Shown in pieces: positions 28,898 to 38,205 of a stretch of DNA of 64,000 nt (positions are counted from its first letter, which is position 1; each line of letters starts with the position of its first letter). The position numbers were made by a program, and so were the translations under genes. Below the pieces are notes generated by a model that saw only the letters and a program-made list of their open reading frames with translations, had not been told where the DNA came from and did no database searches. Origin of the DNA: an uncultured Bacillales bacterium (GTDB lineage: Bacteria > Bacillota_I > Bacilli_A > RF39 > UBA660); contig CAMOQR010000002.1 of NCBI GenBank assembly GCA_946623125.1, positions 1,922-65,921 on the forward strand. The letters run 5' to 3'.

Positions 28898-31252
28898 TTA
28901 TTTTCTTATTATTTTAGCAATATTATTTATAATTTTCCATCTTTTGCTATTCTTCATAGAGTCTAGTTCATGTTCTCTTTCTACTAGTTCTAATTTTAAA
29001 TTTGTAATTTCTCTATTTAAGTCATCTATTTTTCTTCTTCTTTGATCAAGCTCATAGGCTGTTTGCCATGAACTTTCTTTTATTCTTTTTTCAACGTTAT
29101 ATCGGTCTATTGGTTTTTTTGGAGATTGGTAAAGATTTGGATGTGTTATTTTTAAATGATCTATTTCTGTTTGTTTGTATAGTAGTTTGTTTTTTATTTT
29201 TTGAAACATTTCTTGTCCTTTTTTAGAATTAACAATTACAACAGATACTCCGTTATTATCAAACATTTCTTCTGCTTCTTCTTTAATTCCCCAATAATCA
29301 CCTAAAATAAGATCTGCTGGGTTGTTTTCTTTATACTTACATTCGTAACAGCTTTCTCTTAATATTACATTGCTAATATATAAAGATAGTAATTTGTCAT
29401 TATTAAATTCATTTGTATATTTATCATATTTCACATGTGATTGTTGCCAACCACGTTCTTTCGTTCTATATTGTAATAATTCTACGTTTTCTTTTTTACA
29501 GTATTCCTCTACTAACGCATCGTTTAATACTCCATGACAGATGACAGATACATAAACTATATTTTTATATTTTCCAATTAGTTTTTTCATGGCTCCTACT
29601 TGACATGGAGTTCCACTAAATAATATTTTTTTATTTGATTTGCAATCTTTTTCTATTAATCCTAATATGTCATCTAATTTACTATAGGAATATTTACTGC
29701 CTCTTATTTTTTGTAAATCTTTTTTATTGTTTACTCTAATATGAGATGTTTTGCCATGAATCCGTTGGGCTCCATACACAACACCTTTTTCTTTTAAAAT
29801 TTCTTCTGCAATGGCAGTAAACACTCCACCTGATGTACTTTCTTTTTGAATATTTATATCCTTATTTTTAGCCGCATAACTTACACTTTGAAAATTCTCT
29901 TTTTTCTCTGGATTCAAAATGGGGCATATCTTTAAACATTTTCCACAATTAATGCATTTATTTGTATCTCTTTGATTATAAGTAAAGTGTAGTTCTGTCT
30001 CCACTTGTTTTATGGCATCTTGTGGACACACTTTTTTACATAGATTGCAATTAATACATTCAGTTGATTTACATATTGCTTTTTTTTCTTGTTCTTCTAA
30101 CTTTTCTATGACTTTTTCAAAGATATGAGATGTGTCTATTTTGATGTTAATCATTTCTTTTTTTAATTTTTCTATGATTTTTTCTCTGCTTTTTTCTATA
30201 TATTGATATTTTTCAATTAGATTAGTACTTGTTAGTTCATCTTTGTTAATTACATAATTTTGATAATCACCAAATAAGTCTTTGGCAATTCCTTTTGATT
30301 TTACAGAATATCCTATTACTAGTGTGGGAACTGCTGTTGAATAGCCAGCAATTGATGCATGAGTTCTTGCAACTATAGCAAATGAACTTTTTGAAATGAT
30401 ATACTTTAATTCTTCACAATCATAGTTTCCTTCTTCTAAATATACTCTTTCTTCCTCTAAAAAATCATGATTAATTCTTGATAGAATTTCCATATCACTA
30501 CAATCTTCTGTTGTTACATGAGGAAGAAGACAAATAGAATATTTTGTTTCTTTTAAAATATATTTTATAAATTCTATAATGGCTTGATATTGGTTTTCAT
30601 TTTTTATTGTCAAAGGAGATAAGTTTATAATCATATATTTTCTATTATTATACCATTCGTTTAATTCTACTTCTTTCATTTTTAGGGAAAATGCAGGATC
30701 TCTTTCAAATATAATTTTATCTTGATCTACATAATCTTTAATGGCTTCTAATGTTAGGCTTTCTCTAATTACTAATACATCAAAATTATTTAGATTATTA
30801 ATCAAATCATGATCCGTTATTTTTTCAAATAAAGATGCTCCCCATAATACTGTTTTTTTCCCTAAATCATGACTTTTTTTATCTAGTGCATATAACCAAT
30901 TACATGGTGGATAACAATAACTATCTCCTCCAATAGAAATACAAATATCTGATTTTTCCATTTGATCTACAACATCTTTTTGGTATAAAAGTTCATAATT
31001 ATTATAATCAAATGGCATTCCTCTATATTTTTCTTCTAAGGCTTTTTCTTCTTCGGTTAAATTATTTTTTCTATTTTGATTGATATATTTTACTTTGTCA
31101 CTATAAAAATGTTTATTATATTCTAAATCATAAGTGGCTATTGTTAAATCATTCTGTTTTAAATCAATTTGATTTATTGTTGAATTAACAATTGCTTCTA
31201 CTCCCCTGTTTTTATATGTTCCTGTTCCATACAAAAGAATTTTTCTTTTCAT
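28898..31252 (-). CDS. Three-part fusion: polysaccharide pyruvyl transferase, 2x[4Fe-4S] ferredoxin, and an FrhB/FdhB-like (coenzyme F420 hydrogenase beta-like) domain
   Basis: Likely start is the ATG at 31252 (MKRKILLYGTGTYKNRGVEAI, a typical pyruvyl-transferase N-terminus). Two CxxCxxCxxxCP clusters are present (CINCNLCKKVCP, CINCGKCLKICP). The C-terminal ~330 aa resemble FrhB_FdhB N+C domains. Confidence 0.65.
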   Translation of the reverse strand: MKRKILLYGTGTYKNRGVEAIVNSTINQIDLKQNDLTIATYDLEYNKHFYSDKVKYINQNRKNNLTEEEKALEEKYRGMPFDYNNYELLYQKDVVDQMEKSDICISIGGDSYCYPPCNWLYALDKKSHDLGKKTVLWGASLFEKITDHDLINNLNNFDVLVIRESLTLEAIKDYVDQDKIIFERDPAFSLKMKEVELNEWYNNRKYMIINLSPLTIKNENQYQAIIEFIKYILKETKYSICLLPHVTTEDCSDMEILSRINHDFLEEERVYLEEGNYDCEELKYIISKSSFAIVARTHASIAGYSTAVPTLVIGYSVKSKGIAKDLFGDYQNYVINKDELTSTNLIEKYQYIEKSREKIIEKLKKEMINIKIDTSHIFEKVIEKLEEQEKKAICKSTECINCNLCKKVCPQDAIKQVETELHFTYNQRDTNKCINCGKCLKICPILNPEKKENFQSVSYAAKNKDINIQKESTSGGVFTAIAEEILKEKGVVYGAQRIHGKTSHIRVNNKKDLQKIRGSKYSYSKLDDILGLIEKDCKSNKKILFSGTPCQVGAMKKLIGKYKNIVYVSVICHGVLNDALVEEYCKKENVELLQYRTKERGWQQSHVKYDKYTNEFNNDKLLSLYISNVILRESCYECKYKENNPADLILGDYWGIKEEAEEMFDNNGVSVVIVNSKKGQEMFQKIKNKLLYKQTEIDHLKITHPNLYQSPKKPIDRYNVEKRIKESSWQTAYELDQRRRKIDDLNREITNLKLELVEREHELDSMKNSKRWKIINNIAKIIRK

Positions 31253-31337
31253 ATACCTACACCGCCCTCGTATATTATCTATTAACATTATATCAAATTT
31301 CTTTTAAAATACAAAAAAAAGATACTTTTTCAGTATC

Positions 31338-33641
31338 TTATTTTCGAAATGGTTTTGTTATAATTCTTGCTATGCATTTAAAAATGAAGGTAAAGAAAGA
31401 TGGAATACATCTTAAGAAATATTTCATTGTGAATATAAATTCTTGAGACATCCTCTTAAATCCCCTTGAAAATTCAATAAAATTCTTACCTTCTTTATAT
31501 GCACCTATTCGATATAGGAAATTGGTTGCGTGTCGATAGAACTTAGGAAATCTTACTTTTTTAGCAGTTGGCCATACTCCTAAATTTCTTTCATAATAGT
31601 CATTTGTATATTTAAAGTATAAATCATTGAATGCTTCTAAGGCTAGTTCATAGGTTGTTCTATTTAATTTTGGTTCAGTTGTATTATCTTCTTTTAATAA
31701 CTCCTGGAATATTCTATCAAATTTCTTTGCCATTAAGTCTAGAGTAAATCCTTCTATAATTCTTTTACGACAATTCTTCTTTATTTCATCTAGATTGTTC
31801 ATTACTCTAATGGTTTCATTCACATATTCTTCTATTTCTCTTTCATATATTTCTGGAGTTGGATTCTCATTAAAATGAACTAATCCTCCTACTTCTTTAT
31901 TAATTAATTCTGCTTGTCCTCCAGCATCGGTTGAGATAACAGGAACTCCCATTGAAAGAGATTCATATGATGTTAGGGCAAGTCCTTCGAATGATGAACA
32001 ATTTAGTGTTGCATCACTAATTGCATATATTTCTTCTGTTTTTTTAATCATTCCGAGTAATTTAAAGTTATCATCTACATTTGCTTTTACTTTTGGCATT
32101 AGTGGACCATCTCCTGCCACTACCCAAAAGATACTAGGGTCTTTTCTTGATACTCTTTTTGCAATTTCAACAAACATTTCGGGACGTTTCTGATCACTCA
32201 AACGACAGATAAAAGAAATAATTTTTTTATCTTTTGGAATGTCATATTTTTCTTTCAAACTTTCTTTATCATATTTTTCCGGATCAAATTTTTTCTCATC
32301 TGTTCCAATATAGATTGTTTCTGCATTTTTAATTCCAAAATCTTCTTTTAATTCTCTTAGTGTTGAATTATTACAGCAATATGTTCTAGATAAATATTCT
32401 GTTACATCTCTTGAGCATCTTGCGAAACCTTTTCTTTCATCAAATATATCAACACAATGAATGTAATCTAGGAATGGAATATTTGGATATTTTGTTTTTA
32501 AAAATGGAGTCATGTAATAGCCATACTCACTATTACTTATAAATACAATATCTACTTTTCTTGATGATATCATATAATCCGTAAAGGATAAATAATCAAT
32601 TCTATCTAAGAATGATGACATATCATAAACATCAGCGTATTTTTCAAATTCAGAACGAATTGGATTATTACTTGGTGTAGTGGTTAAAATGATTGCTCTA
32701 TACTTATCTTGTGGTAATCTTTTGATTAAATCTAAGTTAAAGAAATCAGCACCTCCTACGACCATCCATGGGAAGATATATAAAATGGTTGTTCTTTTAT
32801 CTTTCTTATAATCAGGAAGAACCATTTCATATTCTTTTTGCATTGCATAGGTATCTCCATAACGCGGAAATTGGATTGCTTCTAACTTATTATCTGGAAT
32901 TTCTTTTGCTGTTTCTTTTACGTATTTCATTGCTGCTTTATCATTCTTTTTTGCTTTAGAGAATTCTCCTGTATTTGTTTGTCTATACCAAAATAATGGA
33001 GCACTTACTCGGATTGGTTTTTTACCTGCTCGAATTAGCTTTAACCATAAATTCCAGTCTTCGTACATGGCTTTTTCTTTAATTCCAAATCCACCTACTT
33101 CAATTAAGTCTTCTTTTCTTACCATGGCACTTATAGTTAATAAATTTTCTTCTTTTTCATGTTCTACGGTAAAGTATCTTTCCCATAAGAATTCTCTTTC
33201 TCCAAAGTTTACTGTTGTTGTGTAGGCAAAAGATCCTTCTGGGTGAGTTTCTAATGTCCAATAAAGACACTCTAACATTGTTTTGTCAATCACATCATCA
33301 CTATCTAAGAAGAATACATATTTTGTTGAAGGAGATGCCTTTTCTATTGCATAATCTCTTGCGATGGCTGGCCCTCCATTTTTAATACTATAAGCTTTGA
33401 TTCTTGAATCTTTTTTCTCAATTTCTTTTAGTTTTTGAATAGATTCTTTTTCTTTAGATCCATCATCTACAATAATCCATTCAAAATAAGGATAGGTCTG
33501 ATTTACTATAGAATTATAGGTTTCTTCTATGGTATTGCCACTATTATAATATGGAGAAATAATGGTAATTAGAGGTTTATTTTGATTCGTATATTCTCCA
33601 TAGTTTTGTATTTTTTTTCCTGGGTAATTTTTATAATCCAT
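31338..33641 (-). CDS. Bifunctional glycosyltransferase (N-terminal GT2, C-terminal GT4/GT-B)
   Basis: The GT2 part has ITIISPYYNSGNTIEETYNSIVNQTYPYFEWIIVDDGS and a DSDD motif. The GT4 part has SSFEGLALTSYESLSMGVPVISTDAGGQAELI. A ~130-aa basic/hydrophobic tail follows. Confidence 0.75.
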   Translation of the reverse strand: MDYKNYPGKKIQNYGEYTNQNKPLITIISPYYNSGNTIEETYNSIVNQTYPYFEWIIVDDGSKEKESIQKLKEIEKKDSRIKAYSIKNGGPAIARDYAIEKASPSTKYVFFLDSDDVIDKTMLECLYWTLETHPEGSFAYTTTVNFGEREFLWERYFTVEHEKEENLLTISAMVRKEDLIEVGGFGIKEKAMYEDWNLWLKLIRAGKKPIRVSAPLFWYRQTNTGEFSKAKKNDKAAMKYVKETAKEIPDNKLEAIQFPRYGDTYAMQKEYEMVLPDYKKDKRTTILYIFPWMVVGGADFFNLDLIKRLPQDKYRAIILTTTPSNNPIRSEFEKYADVYDMSSFLDRIDYLSFTDYMISSRKVDIVFISNSEYGYYMTPFLKTKYPNIPFLDYIHCVDIFDERKGFARCSRDVTEYLSRTYCCNNSTLRELKEDFGIKNAETIYIGTDEKKFDPEKYDKESLKEKYDIPKDKKIISFICRLSDQKRPEMFVEIAKRVSRKDPSIFWVVAGDGPLMPKVKANVDDNFKLLGMIKKTEEIYAISDATLNCSSFEGLALTSYESLSMGVPVISTDAGGQAELINKEVGGLVHFNENPTPEIYEREIEEYVNETIRVMNNLDEIKKNCRKRIIEGFTLDLMAKKFDRIFQELLKEDNTTEPKLNRTTYELALEAFNDLYFKYTNDYYERNLGVWPTAKKVRFPKFYRHATNFLYRIGAYKEGKNFIEFSRGFKRMSQEFIFTMKYFLRCIPSFFTFIFKCIARIITKPFRK

Positions 33642-33705
33642 TTGATTACCTCACTTTCTTTTCATTATTATAACAAATATTATCATTTTTGACAAAAAAA
33701 GAGTT

Positions 33706-34479
33706 TTACAACTCTTCTACAAAAGTTCTTTCTAACTTTTTAAATATCATATATCCAACCACTAATATGATAATGCTTAATACAATCCATATTCCTAACC
33801 AATACATATCTGGCATTTTGTGATAATACAGAATTGCTCGATAAGATTCTACTAATACGGCCATTGGATTTATATGCATAACCCACTGAAATTTTTCAGG
33901 TAACATAGATGATAAGTAAACAACTGGTGTTGCATAGAAACCTAAGGTCATCGCAACTTGTACGAAGTGTGCAACATCATTTACAAAAACTGTTACTGCA
34001 GATAAGATTAAATTAATTCCTAATGTTAAAATAAATTGTACAAATACTAATACAGGAAAAAGTAAGAAGTGAATTGAGAATCCTACTCCACTAAATAGAA
34101 TGAATCCAAACATAATTAAACATGTTATTAAAAAGTTTACTAATTGAGATGTTGTAACAGATAATGGAATGATTTCTCTTGGAAAATATACTTTCTTTAA
34201 AATATTACCATTTATTGTTACAGAACTTGTTCCTGTTTGAACAGCTGTTGTGAAAAAATTCCATGGAATTAAGGCTACAATCATAAAAATTGTATAGTTT
34301 TCTACATCTACTCTTAAGATATATGGAAAAACAAAGGCGTATACAGCAAGCATTAATAATGGATTTAAGAATGTCCATAAAACACCTAACCAAGATCCTT
34401 TATATTTTCCTCTAATTTCTTTTTTAATGTTTGTTTTTAATAGTTCACGATAATTGTATAATTCTTTAAATACATTCAT
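33706..34479 (-). CDS. ABC-2-type polysaccharide/teichoic-acid export permease (TagG/Wzm-like)
   Basis: 257 aa with six TM helices and the typical N-terminal YRELLKTNIKKEIRGKYKGSWLGVLW. Confidence 0.8.
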   Translation of the reverse strand: MNVFKELYNYRELLKTNIKKEIRGKYKGSWLGVLWTFLNPLLMLAVYAFVFPYILRVDVENYTIFMIVALIPWNFFTTAVQTGTSSVTINGNILKKVYFPREIIPLSVTTSQLVNFLITCLIMFGFILFSGVGFSIHFLLFPVLVFVQFILTLGINLILSAVTVFVNDVAHFVQVAMTLGFYATPVVYLSSMLPEKFQWVMHINPMAVLVESYRAILYYHKMPDMYWLGIWIVLSIIILVVGYMIFKKLERTFVEEL

Positions 34480-34483
34480 GTTA

Positions 34484-35233
34484 TCACCCGCAAACCTTTA
34501 TATATTCTTGTAGTACTTTGTTGGTCTCTCCATCCATTCGGATTTCTCCGTTGTATAACCAAACAGCTCTATCACAAAACTTTTTAACTTTATCTGTATC
34601 ATGAGTTACTATTACAATTGTTTTTCCTGCTTTTTTTAATTCCATTAATTTTGCAAAACATTTATCTTGAAAGTGTTTATCTCCTACTGCTAAAATTTCA
34701 TCAATTAATAAGATTTCTGCTTGTACATTGATTGCAACAGAAAAAGCAAGTCTCATATACATTCCAGATGAATAAGTTCTTACTGGATTATCAATAAAAT
34801 CTTTTAACTCAGAAAACTCTATAATTTCATCTATTTTCTCATCAATTTCTTGTCTTGTTAATCCAAATATTGACGCATTAAAATAAATATTTTCTCTTCC
34901 TGTAAAATCTTCGTGAAATCCTGCTCCTAATTCTAGAAGTGATGTTAATTTTCCATTTGTTGTGATTCTTCCTTTATTTGGGTAAATAATTCTTGTCATT
35001 AATTTTAATAATGTTGATTTACCACTTCCGTTTGTTCCAATAAGAGCAACGCTTTCTCCTTTTTTTATTTCTAAGTTAATATCTTTTAATACATGTAATA
35101 TGTCGTTTTTATTTTTATTTTTTTTGGAAAAAAATAATAATTTTTCTTTTAAAGTATGTGCTTTATCATAATATAATTTAAAATCTTTTGACACATGTGT
35201 TGCTTTAATTGCTACATCTTTTTCCACACCCAT
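34484..35233 (-). CDS. ABC exporter ATP-binding protein (TagH/Wzt-like, short form)
   Basis: Walker A GTNGSGKST, signature YSSGM, Walker B LLIDEILAVGD. Confidence 0.85.
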   Translation of the reverse strand: MGVEKDVAIKATHVSKDFKLYYDKAHTLKEKLLFFSKKNKNKNDILHVLKDINLEIKKGESVALIGTNGSGKSTLLKLMTRIIYPNKGRITTNGKLTSLLELGAGFHEDFTGRENIYFNASIFGLTRQEIDEKIDEIIEFSELKDFIDNPVRTYSSGMYMRLAFSVAINVQAEILLIDEILAVGDKHFQDKCFAKLMELKKAGKTIVIVTHDTDKVKKFCDRAVWLYNGEIRMDGETNKVLQEYIKVCG

Positions 35234-35294
35234 ACCTCTTTCCGATTTCTCTAAAACCTACATTTAATTATACCAGTATTTTTTTTAGTTGTAA

Positions 35295-35323
35295 AATAAA
35301 ACAACTATTTCAGTTGTTTTATT
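35295..35323 (-). terminator. Hairpin downstream of the SGNH hydrolase gene (possible internal terminator or attenuator of the locus)
   Basis: 12-bp inverted repeat AATAAAACAACT / AGTTGTTTTATT with a 5-nt loop, just 3' of the stop at 35327. Confidence 0.45.
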
Positions 35324-35326
35324 ATT

Positions 35327-35992
35327 TTAATGATAAATATATTTCATTAATATTTCTGTTAATTTTGCATATCCTAAGTCATTTGGATGTAAGCCATCTT
35401 TTGTATAGGCAACATCAAGAGAGCCTTCATCGTTTGCTAGTGCAGAAAAGGCATCAATATAGATAATATTTTTTGATTCTGCACAATATTTTTCAAGTTT
35501 TTTATTAATACTTTGAATCTCGTCATTATGTCTATCATTTGCTCCTGGTAAATCGTTATTAACAGGATAGATTGAAATAATATATATCTCACTTTTTTTT
35601 CTATGTTTTTGAATACTTTCTGCTATTTTTACAATATTTTCATATACTTCTTGATTTAATTCTTCACTATCTTCATATTTTAAATCATTTGTTCCAATTT
35701 GAATAAATACTTTTGTTGGATTATAACGATATACTCTTTCTTCTAGATTTTCTAAAATATCAGTTGTTTTATTTCCAGCAATTCCACTATTTACAATTGG
35801 TAGATCATCAAATATTTTATCAATTGGATACCAATCAAAAATAGAATCTCCTAAAAATACAATATTCTCATATTTGTTAATATCTTCTGTTTTACTTATA
35901 ATATGGTTTTTTTCATCAGCAATTATATTCATTGTTTTATATGACAAAAAAGCAATGATGAATAATAGTATGATAAAATATTTCTTTTTCAT
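35327..35992 (-). CDS. Secreted or membrane-anchored SGNH/GDSL hydrolase (probable glycan esterase or O-acetyl handling enzyme)
   Basis: N-terminal hydrophobic anchor. Block I is FLGDSIFD, block III GTND, and the C-terminal block DGLHPN. Confidence 0.75.
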   Translation of the reverse strand: MKKKYFIILLFIIAFLSYKTMNIIADEKNHIISKTEDINKYENIVFLGDSIFDWYPIDKIFDDLPIVNSGIAGNKTTDILENLEERVYRYNPTKVFIQIGTNDLKYEDSEELNQEVYENIVKIAESIQKHRKKSEIYIISIYPVNNDLPGANDRHNDEIQSINKKLEKYCAESKNIIYIDAFSALANDEGSLDVAYTKDGLHPNDLGYAKLTEILMKYIYH

Positions 35993-36127
35993 TTTCCTTC
36001 GCCTACACTTTTTCCACAGTTCTTTGTTAATTACGATACTATTATATAATTATTTCTTTCGTTGTGAAAGAATTATTTGTCAATTTTTTGTATGAAAATG
36101 ACAAGTTATAGTAAAGAGTTGTTTTCT

Positions 36128-37180
36128 TTACACTTTTTGTCTTTTTTTATTATGTTCTTTTACTCTCTTTTTTATACTTACATATATCATTGAAAGAATA
36201 AATGATGTTACTACAACCCATATATAAATTCCTAGCATTAACCCTATTTCTTTTATTCCACTTGTCTTAATAATAATTGGTTTTAATATTCTTGTTGTAC
36301 TATCCAAGATTAAGATATGAATTAAGTATACATAGAAAACACAATAAGTACATTTATTAATCCAGGCTTGACACTTTATTTTTGGATAATGATTTTTAAA
36401 TAATAAAAATATTGTTATTGATGGAAATACTACTAATGGAGATAAAGAATTTAGTAAAGTATCAATTACTGCTTCTTCACTTAACCATATGGTAAATACG
36501 GGAAGTAATATAATGGATATAATACTTAGTAAAATGTGATATTTTTTTATTTTTACTTCATATTTATATAAATAATATCCCATGAATAAATAGTTCATAT
36601 AAATCATTAAATCTGGAAAAATAAATTGTTTTAATAACATGTGTTTTAATTTTTCTGTTACAACACTTCCAAAGAATGTCATGTTTCCAAATAAGAATAA
36701 TACAATAATTAAAGTTTCTAATTCTTTTTTTGATAAATTATCTACTAGTTTTTTCATAAATGGAATCAATAAATATATCATGATAATTACAGGCAAATAC
36801 CATAAATGATGTTTTACATAACTTGATGTTATCCATTCCATTGCAATGAAAGGTGTTGTTGAAACATGATTTATTTTTATATCATATAGTAAATAGATAA
36901 TTGAAAAAAGAAAATAAGCAATAACTAATTTTATAATTCTTTTTTTAAAATATATTATATAGTTTTTTTCTTCTTTTTTAGAAAGCATTAAGGCTCCTGA
37001 TAACATAAAGAAGATTGGTACTCCCATTCTTGTAAAAGAATCTAAAATGGTATATAGTGTATAATAATTTTTACTAATTGGAAAATACTTATATCGAAAT
37101 GTTAATAATACATGTAATAGAATAATACTTAGTATTGCAAATATTCTTAATCCATCTAGATAATCTAATCTTTTTTTCAT
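36128..37180 (-). CDS. Acyltransferase-3 family membrane O-acyltransferase
   Basis: 350 aa, ~10 TM helices, with the N-terminal LDGLRIFAILSIILLHV motif typical of the family. Confidence 0.75.
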   Translation of the reverse strand: MKKRLDYLDGLRIFAILSIILLHVLLTFRYKYFPISKNYYTLYTILDSFTRMGVPIFFMLSGALMLSKKEEKNYIIYFKKRIIKLVIAYFLFSIIYLLYDIKINHVSTTPFIAMEWITSSYVKHHLWYLPVIIMIYLLIPFMKKLVDNLSKKELETLIIVLFLFGNMTFFGSVVTEKLKHMLLKQFIFPDLMIYMNYLFMGYYLYKYEVKIKKYHILLSIISIILLPVFTIWLSEEAVIDTLLNSLSPLVVFPSITIFLLFKNHYPKIKCQAWINKCTYCVFYVYLIHILILDSTTRILKPIIIKTSGIKEIGLMLGIYIWVVVTSFILSMIYVSIKKRVKEHNKKRQKV

Positions 37181-37194
37181 TTTATTCTCCTTGT

Positions 37195-38139
37195 TTATTT
37201 TACATGATAATACTTACAATATAGTTTTGTTAAAAACTTATTCTTTTCAATTGTTCTACGTAAGAATCCTCTATTCTCATAATATTTATTATTTTTATAA
37301 TCTGGTACTTCTTTTTCTAAATATTGGAATGCTTCCTCAATAAACTCCATTCCTATCTTTTTATTTTCTTGTACTCTTTGTTGAATCGTATAATTTGTAA
37401 TCATTCTAACTGTTAATTTATCGATTTTTTCTTGTAAGTATTTTTTCCCTTTTGTATAGTTTCTAATTTTATCTATTATTTTTAATATATCAAAACATCT
37501 TCTATCTCTTATCGTTGTTTCACTATTTGTATGAATTACGTAATAGTTTAGGCATTCATTAATTTTCCCAATTGTTTTTGCTTTATCAAGTGCTTCGATA
37601 ACAAATGGAGCATCTTCATATTTTAAGTTTTCTACAAATCGAATCTTGTTATCAATTAGTAATTCTCTCTTATATATTTTTGCCCAAGGGGATAGAAATT
37701 CATTTATAATATCTGGGTTTTCTTGTAAAGAAGAATTTTCAAAATTTGCATTATGAATCTCTTCTATTTCTCCATTATCATATTTTTTATAAAAGTCACA
37801 TATTACAATATCTAATTTATCTTTTTCTGCTTTTTCATATAGAAGTTCACAGGCATTTTTTTCTAAATAGTCGTCACTATCTAAAAACATAATATATTTA
37901 CCAGTTGATTTTAATATACCAAAGTTTCTTGTTTTACCGATTCCTTGATTGCTGTTTTTATAGTATTTAATACGATTATCTTTATATTCTTTTATAATCT
38001 TTTCTGTGTGATCTGTTGATCCATCATTTACTACTATAATTTCTAATTCTTTTTTTGTTTGATTTATTACAGAATCAAGGCACTTGTTTATATACTTTTC
38101 GGCATTATATGAAGGAATTATGATACTGATATCTGCCAT
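37195..38139 (-). CDS. GT2 glycosyltransferase
   Basis: ISIIIPSYNAEKYINKCLDSVINQT...VVNDGSTD and LDSDD motifs. Confidence 0.8.
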   Translation of the reverse strand: MADISIIIPSYNAEKYINKCLDSVINQTKKELEIIVVNDGSTDHTEKIIKEYKDNRIKYYKNSNQGIGKTRNFGILKSTGKYIMFLDSDDYLEKNACELLYEKAEKDKLDIVICDFYKKYDNGEIEEIHNANFENSSLQENPDIINEFLSPWAKIYKRELLIDNKIRFVENLKYEDAPFVIEALDKAKTIGKINECLNYYVIHTNSETTIRDRRCFDILKIIDKIRNYTKGKKYLQEKIDKLTVRMITNYTIQQRVQENKKIGMEFIEEAFQYLEKEVPDYKNNKYYENRGFLRRTIEKNKFLTKLYCKYYHVK

Positions 38140-38205
38140 AGAATCACCTCATCTTTACTCATCATTATAAACTATTTCTCTTCTACAATCAAATAAGAAA
38201 GCATT

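Noticed and set aside
34205-34393. Same-strand alternative-frame small ORFs inside genes (34205-34393, 39587-39799, 44535-44759, 49814-50080, 53067-53312, 62338-62574).
   Set aside because: Each is fully nested in a longer ORF with clear family motifs. Their translations are low-complexity and lack start contexts.
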